A DNA stretch of 64,000 nt from a virus. The stretch covers positions 32,001 through 96,000 of the IMG/VR virus record IMGVR_UViG_3300032315_000774; one strand, written 5' to 3'. A program made the position numbers and the translations under genes. Below are positions 20,275-27,530 of the stretch, one piece after another; position 1 is the first letter of the stretch, and every line of letters starts with the position of its first letter. The notes below the pieces were generated by a model. That model ran no database searches. It had not been told where the DNA came from and saw only the letters and a list, made by a program, of their open reading frames with translations.

Positions 20275-20625
20275 TCACTTCTGAAGGGCGCCGAGAACGC
20301 CTCGCTGCATGCGCTCGGCGACGCGCGCGGCGAGGAAGTCGCGTGCTAACTTGATGTAACCGACCGCGACGTCGTTCTCAGGGCAGGCGAACGGACCTGC
20401 TTGGAAGGTCTCCAGACGATCTTGGAGGATCGCGAGCAAGTCGTCTTCCATGAGGCCGAGCGTGCTCTGTTCCTCGCCTCGCGGCCCATGCTGGAACTGG
20501 ATCTTGATGACGCTTCGATCCGGCAGCTGCACGCCGTACAGGTGCGAAGCGCCACCTGCGCTCATGTCGCGCTTGTCGAGTGGGGCGACGTTGTTCGAAG
20601 TGTGCGTGGCGAGAGACTTCATCAT
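20275..20625 (-). CDS. tad1: Tad1-family anti-Thoeris / anti-CBASS signal sponge
   Basis: GGASHLY, IQFQHGPR.E, DLLAILQDRLETFQAGPF.C.EN, R..ER..RGVLG closely follow the Tad1 pattern. Confidence 0.85.
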   Translation of the reverse strand: MMKSLATHTSNNVAPLDKRDMSAGGASHLYGVQLPDRSVIKIQFQHGPRGEEQSTLGLMEDDLLAILQDRLETFQAGPFACPENDVAVGYIKLARDFLAARVAERMQRGVLGALQK

Positions 20626-20732
20626 GTGTTGTCCTTTCAGAGCTGGAGGAACCGCGCGATGTACGCGTCTTTGACGTCGGCAGGCGTTTGCTGCTTGAGG
20701 GGTGCTGCGCCGAAGATCGCGTCGCCCTGGTC

Positions 20733-21161
20733 TCAGGTCACCGATCGGTCGTCGCGCTGGAAGATCTGTGCGCGCTCGACGCGTAGCGCTTCACGGTCGA
20801 GGCGCTTGATGTCTGGATGGCTCAGCGAAGGAAGCCCGAAGCGCTTCGCGATGGCTTCTTCCATGCGGTGTTCGAGCGCTTTGTACTCGGGCAGAAGCTG
20901 CTTGAGAGGCGCGCTGACATCGCCAAGATACGCCTCGGCTGCGTCGTGGAGCAGCCCCAAGAGCTGCAGCTCTTTAGGCGCATGCTCGCTCACCCAGAGG
21001 CAGTGGCTCGCGACGCTGTAGAAGGGCGAGGTGTGGCCAGTGAATCGGCAGATGTGTGAGAGCGCGTGTGCGATGTCGATGATGTCGATCGACTCGACCT
21101 GCGGCTCCAGGAGGTGGACGTACTTGCCGGTGTAGGTGAGGATCGTTGGCTCCACACGCAC
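20733..21161 (-). CDS. HD-domain phosphohydrolase (YfbR-like)
   Basis: DIAHALSHICRFTGH, YSVASH, LLHDAAEAYLGD. Confidence 0.9.
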   Translation of the reverse strand: MRVEPTILTYTGKYVHLLEPQVESIDIIDIAHALSHICRFTGHTSPFYSVASHCLWVSEHAPKELQLLGLLHDAAEAYLGDVSAPLKQLLPEYKALEHRMEEAIAKRFGLPSLSHPDIKRLDREALRVERAQIFQRDDRSVT

Positions 21162-21180
21162 TCCTTGGATGCTCGCAGCA

Positions 21181-21218
21181 GGTACTGCAGACAGTGCTAT
21201 CCGACTGCCTGCAGTACC
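21181..21218 (-). other. 15-bp inverted repeat hairpin (terminator or processing stem)
   Basis: GGTACTGCAGGCAGT-8nt-ACTGTCTGCAGTACC, no U tract. Confidence 0.55.
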
Positions 21219-21241
21219 ATCGACGACGTCGTCGGCTTTCG

Positions 21242-21340
21242 TCGCTGCTGAGCGTGACGCAGATGCTCTACTGATTGAGCTACACCCCCATCGAAAGGGG
21301 GCGTTCCGTTCTGCCCGGAAGTCTTCTGCAATAACAGCGA
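21242..21340 (-). ncRNA. circularly permuted tRNA-like (YrlA-like) module B
   Basis: GCAGA / degenerate T arm / CGCCCCC-loop-GGGGGTG / TAGCTCAATCAGTAGAGC D arm / TCTGC, closed by TCGCTGTT...AGCAGCGA. Confidence 0.6.
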
Positions 21341-21360
21341 ACTAGGATACGAACGTCATC

Positions 21361-21516
21361 GTGCTGCGTGGGTTCAGGGTCCTTCGGAACAGTTTGATCG
21401 TCATGCGCTGACCGCCGCTCTACCAGTTGGCGTACCTCCCCACCGATTGAGGAGGGCTGGCATCGAACCAGCAACCACGAGTCAGACTTGCTGATCTTGA
21501 ACTTGAACTTCAGCAC
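21361..21516 (-). ncRNA. circularly permuted tRNA-like (YrlA / Y-RNA-like) module A
   Basis: CTGAC / GCTGG-TTCGATG-CCAGC T arm / CCTCCTC-loop-GGGGAGG / D-arm-like CGCCAACTGGTAGAGCG / GTCAG, inside a long bulged terminal stem. Confidence 0.7.
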
Positions 21517-21529
21517 CCCGAAGGGATGG

Positions 21530-22291
21530 TTACGCTCCGTTCAGGAACGTGAAGAGCTTGCTCGCGTCGAAGACACCCTCGACCTCGCGTGCGTTGGCCT
21601 CGGCGATGGCCGCCTTGGCCGCGTGCATCAGCTTCTCGATGCGTTCGATCAGCGCGGCCTTCTTGGCCTCGTCCCAAGCACCCGAGAGCTGGAACTCGGT
21701 CCAGCGGCCGATGCGCTTCTGCGTCTTGCGGACGGTGGTCTGCGCGGGGTGCTTGTCCGACGCCGGGACGACCACCACGACCTCGTCGATCGAGGTGAAC
21801 TTGTCGCGTGCGGTGGGTCCTGACGAGGCCACCGTCGCGACGGCGCCGCCGATCACCACGGTCTTCGTGGCGATGAAGTTGACCTGCGGGTTGCGCGTCG
21901 GGATGCGCTTCGCCTGCGCGTGGAGGTCGCGGAAGATCTTCTCCAGCGCGATCAGCGTCGTCGTGGGGAGCTTCACCGTCAGCGCCTGACCGTCGACGAC
22001 GATGGCCGCTGACGCGCTCTGGTTCGCCACGTCGCGCGTGGCCATCAGCTCGACGTGCTGTCGAGTCACGGTGAACGCGCGCTCCAAGATCAGGTCGACC
22101 GTCTGCTCGACCTGCTTCGACTCCGGAGGCAGCCGCTCGCCGTCGTCTTCCGTTGGCTGGTACGTGCGATCCAGCCCAGTGAACTTGTCGGGCTTGTCGA
22201 GCAGCTTGTAGCCGTCGCTGGTGACGCGGTTCGTGATCTCGGCCTGCGCCTTGACCTGGCCGACGAGCGCGGCGAGTTTGATCTTGTTCAT
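21530..22291 (-). CDS. conserved helical hypothetical protein (resembles the family I recall as DUF7873)
   Basis: AAGGAG RBS; FTGLDRTYQP...GERLPPE, A.KHPAQ, GRW....SGA, A..EAN motifs. Confidence 0.7.
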   Translation of the reverse strand: MNKIKLAALVGQVKAQAEITNRVTSDGYKLLDKPDKFTGLDRTYQPTEDDGERLPPESKQVEQTVDLILERAFTVTRQHVELMATRDVANQSASAAIVVDGQALTVKLPTTTLIALEKIFRDLHAQAKRIPTRNPQVNFIATKTVVIGGAVATVASSGPTARDKFTSIDEVVVVVPASDKHPAQTTVRKTQKRIGRWTEFQLSGAWDEAKKAALIERIEKLMHAAKAAIAEANAREVEGVFDASKLFTFLNGA

Positions 22292-22336
22292 GATGTCTCC
22301 TCTTTCGAGGGTAGGTTAGAGGTGGAAGAAGAAGTC

Positions 22337-22465
22337 GGAATGTGCGAGTGACGCGGCGTTTTTCACCTTGCGGCGAAGCGAAGGATTTGAACCTTCTACC
22401 CAATGCTTATCATGCATTTGCTCTACCGATGAGCTAGCTTGTAAGCCGACGTCGGAGCACATTCC
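22337..22465 (-). ncRNA. tRNA-Ile(GAT)-like domain embedded in a longer stem, in the leader of the 253-aa gene
   Basis: D, anticodon and T arms intact; acceptor only 4 bp; enclosed by GGAATGTGC/GCACATTCC. Confidence 0.65.
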
Positions 22466-22467
22466 TA

Positions 22468-22586
22468 CGGGGTGTGATGGATTCGAACCATCTGGCTTGT
22501 ATGGCCATCGCAGAGCCCTTTGCAGGACGAGAGCGCGACCAGTTTGCAACTTTACATAGTTGGTGAGGCCCAGCCTCAAACACCCC
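22468..22586 (-). ncRNA. tRNA-like RNA 1 with giant variable-arm insert
   Basis: GGGGTGT/ACACCCC acceptor, GATGG-TTCGAAT-CCATC T arm, 51-nt insert shared with RNA 2. Confidence 0.75.
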
Positions 22587-22603
22587 TTATTGTCAAAGAA
22601 CCA

Positions 22604-22724
22604 TGGACCTGTGTGGATTCGAACCACTTGCTTGTATGGCCGTCGCGGAACTCTTTGCGGAGCGAGAGCGCGACCAGTTTTCTGATGCCCAGTATCAGTG
22701 GGTTGCCATTACCCGTTCAGGTCC
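22604..22724 (-). ncRNA. tRNA-like RNA 2 with giant variable-arm insert
   Basis: GGACCTG/CAGGTCC acceptor, GTGG-TTCGAAT-CCAC T arm, insert 44/51 identical to RNA 1. Confidence 0.75.
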
Positions 22725-22787
22725 GTTGTCGCCTCGGACTCGCGTCGTCAGCGACGAGAGGATGTATCGCTCAGCTCGTTCGCGATG

Positions 22788-23378
22788 TCAACCGCCTCCG
22801 AACACGCCCGAGCGCAAGATCGTCGACGACGTCTTCTGGCCCGAGCGCAAGAACGTCTGCACTGCCAACGCCAAGGACGCCGCGCTCTGCATGATGAGCG
22901 GCAAGAACTCGCCGGTCTCGCACGTCACCGCGCCCGCTGCCGCCTCGTCGGGGACGAACTGCGGCGACCACCGCACGACGCCCATCTCTCCGTTCGGAGC
23001 GAGCGCGCCGTGCACCAGAGGCACACCGTTCGCCGTCGCGAAGCTGATGAGCGTGCGTCGGGCTTCGATGTTGTCCGTCGCGTCGACCAGCAACGTCGGG
23101 TTGTGAAGCGTGGTCTTGACGTTGTCAGACGTGATCTTGCCCGGGGCTGCCACGTACGATGCGCGCGTTCGACCGAAGTTGAAGTTGGCGCTTCGGACGA
23201 ACGCTTGCGCCTTGTTCACGCCCAACGTCTGGGTGCTGAAGGCTTGCGTGGTGAGGTTCTTGGCTTCGACGCGGTCGAAGTCGACCAGCGTGAACGTCGC
23301 GTCTTCGTTGCGCAGGAGCATGGCCGCATTCGAGCCAAGAGCCCCTACGCCGATGATGTAGATGTGTGGCTGCTTCAT
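22788..23378 (-). CDS. E1-like ThiF-family adenylyltransferase
   Basis: IIGVGALGS, DFDRVEAKNLTTQ, NKA, VDATDN; candidate Cys in TCE. Confidence 0.9.
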   Translation of the reverse strand: MKQPHIYIIGVGALGSNAAMLLRNEDATFTLVDFDRVEAKNLTTQAFSTQTLGVNKAQAFVRSANFNFGRTRASYVAAPGKITSDNVKTTLHNPTLLVDATDNIEARRTLISFATANGVPLVHGALAPNGEMGVVRWSPQFVPDEAAAGAVTCETGEFLPLIMQSAASLALAVQTFLRSGQKTSSTILRSGVFGGG

Positions 23379-23395
23379 CGTCGCAGCATGACACA

Positions 23396-24082
23396 CTACG
23401 CTTTCACATGGAAGACGTTGGTGAACGCTTGATCGAGCGTATCTGCCAGACCGTGAACGTCTGATACGTGCATCCAACGTCCATACACACCTCGAAAGTG
23501 CGGAGAGTCGTCTGTGGTGAGCTGGATTTGAAGTTCTGAGTTCTTCGGTGTCGCTCCTCGAAGGAACGTCGCGTAAAGCACAGCTTTCCGCTTGTTCTCA
23601 CCGTAAACGACGAAGATGTAGAGATGGAACAGACCGACGAGGTACATCGGCGAGAAGGTCCGAGCTGTCGAACGGGTCTCCTCGTGCACGGTCAAGTGCA
23701 CCTGACGCTCACGCTCGGCGAACACTTCGATGATCTTCTTCATCTCTCGGCGGCGCGCGCCGAACCCGGCCATGTCCTCGTCCGACGGCCGCGTCGTCAC
23801 GTTGTAGCCCCAGCCTCCCGCGTACAGTCGCGACGAAGTGTCTCCGAGCAGTCGCGTCGAGGTGTCGTCGACTGGGAGCTTCATCAGCTCAGGTTGAGCA
23901 GCTTCGGACAGATCGTAGAGCAGCGTCCACGTGGGCATCAGCAACGCGTGAGGTACGAACAAGCCGTCACCTGCGTCTTGACCGTCTCTCCACGCGTTGA
24001 GCGTGTACTCGTTCCACGTGTCGGTCGTGGGAGTGCGGTCGCGGAAATCCTTCAGAAGCTGTTGGAAGTGAGCGTTGGTCAT
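23396..24082 (-). CDS. hypothetical protein
   Basis: 228-aa ORF preceded by TCGACA-17-TAGTGT. Confidence 0.6.
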   Translation of the reverse strand: MTNAHFQQLLKDFRDRTPTTDTWNEYTLNAWRDGQDAGDGLFVPHALLMPTWTLLYDLSEAAQPELMKLPVDDTSTRLLGDTSSRLYAGGWGYNVTTRPSDEDMAGFGARRREMKKIIEVFAERERQVHLTVHEETRSTARTFSPMYLVGLFHLYIFVVYGENKRKAVLYATFLRGATPKNSELQIQLTTDDSPHFRGVYGRWMHVSDVHGLADTLDQAFTNVFHVKA

Positions 24083-24089
24083 GCCCAGA

Positions 24090-24118
24090 CACTAGCGCGA
24101 AGCATGCGCTGTGTCGAA
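24090..24118 (-). promoter_or_regulatory. sigma70-like promoter TCGACA-N17-TAGTGT
   Basis: Canonical spacing; TAGTGT also precedes genes at about 1945, 23395 and 29347. Confidence 0.45.
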
Positions 24119-24120
24119 CA

Positions 24121-24750
24121 TCAGCGCTTGTCGCCTGAGCCACCGAGCGCGTTGCGCGCCTGCCGATCGAGCAGCTTCTGCTTGTTGCGCGCTGCTACTT
24201 CATGCAGCGACACAGTACACGTCGACTGCACGAAGTAGAACGCGTGCTGCAGTAACTCGAACATCTGCATCCTTCGATCGCTGATGTCGCCACGCGCGTC
24301 GCGGATCGTCTTCTTGCTGAGCCCTGCGAGCTGCCTGGTGATCTTCCTCAGATCGAGGTGATCCTGCGTCGTGACGATGGTCTGCGTCAGTCTCGCGGCT
24401 TCTTCGATGTGCAGGAGCTGCACGAGCTGCGACATGTACCAGAGGCAGTCTCCTGCTTCTGCGATGACCGCATCGACAACTTCGTCCCAGCGACTACTGC
24501 GCACGTTCGCTTGAATGTGCACATCTTGAAGCTCGTGCAGCTCTTCGATGAGACCCAGCACCAGATACACCCACGAGGTGTCGACGTCACCCACCATCAC
24601 TTGCGGGTAGATGGCCGTCGTTGGCGTGAACTCGCGGTACGCCTTACCTTCAGGTGAGAGCCAGAACTGGTAGAACGATACACGTTTCGTCTCTACTAGT
24701 TGAGTTACGCTCATGTCTTCTGCTCCTTCGCGCATTTGCCTTTGAGGCAC
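24121..24750 (-). CDS. MazG-like NTP pyrophosphohydrolase
   Basis: GLIEE, EAGDCLWY, NxxKLxDRxxRxxLxGSGDxR. Confidence 0.85.
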   Translation of the reverse strand: MPQRQMREGAEDMSVTQLVETKRVSFYQFWLSPEGKAYREFTPTTAIYPQVMVGDVDTSWVYLVLGLIEELHELQDVHIQANVRSSRWDEVVDAVIAEAGDCLWYMSQLVQLLHIEEAARLTQTIVTTQDHLDLRKITRQLAGLSKKTIRDARGDISDRRMQMFELLQHAFYFVQSTCTVSLHEVAARNKQKLLDRQARNALGGSGDKR

Positions 24751-24954
24751 ACCCAGCGCCCATCAGCATCTTTCGTCCAGCCTGCACGTTGACCTGGCTT
24801 CTTGCTGCCGCCAGCTTCGCCACCTTGACCTGTAGACGGCTCGTAGAAGCGCCGAAGTTTCTTGCAGACCGGACAGCGGTGCCGCAGCGCCTTGTTGTTT
24901 CGCATGGCTGTAAAGCCGAAGGGCGCTCGGTTCTTCGCCGAACGCCCTTCAAGC

Positions 24955-25308
24955 TCACTCGTCTTCGTCGTCCGAGTCCTCGTCGTCCTCGTCGTCTTCG
25001 TCGTCCTCGTCTTCGTCGTCTTCGTCCTCGTCTTCGAAGTCGTCGTCATCGACGTCGAGATCGTCGAGGTCGTCCTCGTCGTCCTCGTCCTTGTCCTCGG
25101 GGTCCTTGCCGGAGCCGAAAGGGACCTTGGGGCGGAGCATCACGCTCTCGGGCGTGGTCTCCGTCGCGGCGAAGCGCTCGATGACGAACGACTCGGGGAT
25201 GTGCTGGCCCGTCGTCTCGGCCGCGATGGCGCGGATCTGCGCGTCGGTGGCGTCTGCTTCGATCGTGTGCTCGTAGAGACGCCCGTCGAGTGTGATGCTC
25301 AGTCTCAT
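24955..25308 (-). CDS. ubiquitin-like (beta-grasp) protein ending ...RPKVPFG plus a ~50-aa Asp/Glu tail
   Basis: AAGGAG RBS; beta-beta-alpha-beta pattern over ~65 aa; adjacent JAB and nearby E1. Confidence 0.6.
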   Translation of the reverse strand: MRLSITLDGRLYEHTIEADATDAQIRAIAAETTGQHIPESFVIERFAATETTPESVMLRPKVPFGSGKDPEDKDEDDEDDLDDLDVDDDDFEDEDEDDEDEDDEDDEDDEDSDDEDE

Positions 25309-25652
25309 GTGTGCTCCTTCTTCTTGCCACGTGCTCGAAGTTCATCGAGCCATGACGTAGGCAAGACGTCCCTTACGACAGAACTCCAGGCGTCGTCAAA
25401 CGTCACCACGTACTGCTCGATGTGGCGACCGAACGCGATGTCGAGTGCTTCGAACGTCTCCAGGTCGATGGAACTCGGCACCGCACGTCCAGACCACGGA
25501 TGCAGATGCGCGACCGCGATCGACTGGTCACGCCGCGCCCACAGCTCGTCGAAGAACGTGCGCGAGTCGGGGATGTACGTCGACGTCGCGTCCGCTGGCT
25601 CGTGCCAGTAGACGGGCGCTCCGTCGACGAGGATGACCGCCAGCTCTCTCAC
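25305..25652 (-). CDS. JAB/MPN+ isopeptidase
   Basis: N-terminal E; HLHP...PSSID (HxHx7SxxD JAMM motif). Confidence 0.85.
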   Translation of the reverse strand: MRELAVILVDGAPVYWHEPADATSTYIPDSRTFFDELWARRDQSIAVAHLHPWSGRAVPSSIDLETFEALDIAFGRHIEQYVVTFDDAWSSVVRDVLPTSWLDELRARGKKKEHT

Positions 25653-26320
25653 GTGAGCAGCTTCTTCAGCGCGGCGACCGCTGCCGTCAGCGCAGGGCTG
25701 GTCAGCGGAGTCTCACACGCGACCGACAGCGACACGAGGTGCGTACGAGGGAAGTTCGACAGCATCTCCCTCTTCGAGACCATGTGAACTTCCACCACGA
25801 ATACGCCCTGTGTCGACTTGAGGACGGAACTCTTGAGCGCCTTGAGTTCGCTGAAGTCCTTTTGCTGAAGGACGAGCATCGCCCCGAACTCGGAGCAGTA
25901 CACCCAGTTGTCCGGATCGACGAACACGTACAGCTGCTGCTGCTTCGGCTGCGTCGACCAGTGCGTGAAGACCGTGACCGAAGGGCCTGTGCCGTACGTG
26001 ACCTGCTGGAAGCCGCCACGCGGCCCGAACTGCACGTCGGAAGGAGCGCCGAACTTCTGCTCCAGCTCGAACGGCGTGACGAACTCGCGGACGAGCCCGA
26101 ACTGCATCTTGCCGCTCGGTAGCGTCGTGTGCATCGGCTCGACCTTGCCGAGGTGCATCAGCGACTCGTAGCCCTCCATCTCGACCAAGATCGGGTAGCC
26201 CCAGCCGACGACCACGCGCGCGTTCTTGTCTTCGACCACCGACTGCCACGGCCCGAGGATCTTCTTCTCCTGCAGCTCGTTGATCTCGTCGTGCTCTGCC
26301 TTCATGTCCCGCTTGCTCAT
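25649..26320 (-). CDS. hypothetical protein
   Basis: 223-aa ORF coupled to JAB by GTGA overlap. Confidence 0.6.
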   Translation of the reverse strand: MSKRDMKAEHDEINELQEKKILGPWQSVVEDKNARVVVGWGYPILVEMEGYESLMHLGKVEPMHTTLPSGKMQFGLVREFVTPFELEQKFGAPSDVQFGPRGGFQQVTYGTGPSVTVFTHWSTQPKQQQLYVFVDPDNWVYCSEFGAMLVLQQKDFSELKALKSSVLKSTQGVFVVEVHMVSKREMLSNFPRTHLVSLSVACETPLTSPALTAAVAALKKLLT

Positions 26321-26329
26321 GATATTGTC

Positions 26330-27229
26330 TCACCCGTGCCGATAGATGACCAGACGTCCAAGGCGCTCGGCTTCGCGCACGACGGACGGCAGCGACTCCA
26401 GCGTCAGCCAGGTGTCGCCCTTCGTTCCTTCGTCTCACTCCTCGGAGTGGTACTCCGCGCGCAGACAGATGCCAGAGTCGACGACTCGCAAGCGCTCGTC
26501 GACGACACATGCGAGGCGCTGCCCGTCGACGACGTAACGCACGTCGTACGTCTGCAGCTCGCGCTGACGCGTGATCGAGAGCAGCGACGATCGCGTCACG
26601 GCCAGCGCGAGGCGCGCACGACCTTCGACTGTCGTCGCGAGTCGAGCAGCCTCTTCTGCTGCACGACGGGCGCGTTCGCGTGCGTCTGCAGCTTCTTGCT
26701 CGCGACGCAAGCGCTCCTGGTACTCGCGCGCTGCACGCTCACGCGCTTCACACACGCGCGTCAGGTCAGCGTGTACGTCGCACAAGATCGGCCGCCCTGT
26801 GAACGCGCGCTGCTCCTCGTACGCTTGGCGTGCGATGTCTTCGTCGCCCACGAGCATCGCGGCGCCGAGGCACACGACGTCAGGTCCCCAGACCGTCAAC
26901 TGGACACGCGTGAACGGTAGAACGTCTTGCGCCAAGAACACGCGCGTCACGAACGACGAGCCGATCTTCTTCGATCGACGCGTCAGCGCATGCTCTGTGC
27001 GCACCGTGCTCCCGACGAGGTAGCCGTGACGTGTGCGAACTTTCGGAGTCTCCGCCTCGCCTTCGAGCACGGCACGACGAGCCGCCACCTTCCACGCGTA
27101 GAAGCCGTGTGTTGGTGGCGCGCGATCGACTGTAAACGCTGACGAGTCCGGCAAGAAGATGCTTGGGCCTCCGAACCACGGAGCGGTGACGATGCGAGGT
27201 TCAGTCGACAGTAGTTCTTGCCAGCTCAC
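26330..27229 (-). CDS. putative E2-like conjugating protein with in-frame TGA at 26435-26437
   Basis: VVDSGICL resembles the E2 GxICL catalytic motif; frame continues 34 sense codons past the TGA and ends 9 nt before the next ATG. Confidence 0.55.
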
Positions 27230-27530
27230 GACAGCCTCGTACCACAGATGCCAGGCCGACTCGAACATCTGCATCGAGCGGGAGGAGGTGCGCCCAGAAG
27301 GCGTCGATGATGGCGTCATCTGTCTGTTCCGAGTGTGCTTGAACGAAAGCCTTGAGACGAGGCATCAGCTCGCGCAATCGCCTGTAGAAGCTCGCACGCG
27401 AGATGTCGAGACGTGTTGCTGCCAACGAACGCACGTTCCCTGCGAGGGCCAACTGGACAAAGAACAAGTCCTCGTCCAGCTGGCCCCGAGAAGCGCGTGC
27501 GACAGCTTGCAGCGCTTCACCGTACGTCAT
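27201..27530 (-). CDS. Fis-type HTH protein
   Basis: GNVRSLAATRLDISRASFYRRL matches the HTH_8 pattern. Confidence 0.65.
   Translation of the reverse strand: MTYGEALQAVARASRGQLDEDLFFVQLALAGNVRSLAATRLDISRASFYRRLRELMPRLKAFVQAHSEQTDDAIIDAFWAHLLPLDADVRVGLASVVRGCRELARTTVD

Noticed and set aside
21280-22627. Short ORFs 21280-21516 and 22316-22627
   Set aside because: They coincide with structured tRNA-like elements, and have no RBS or codon bias
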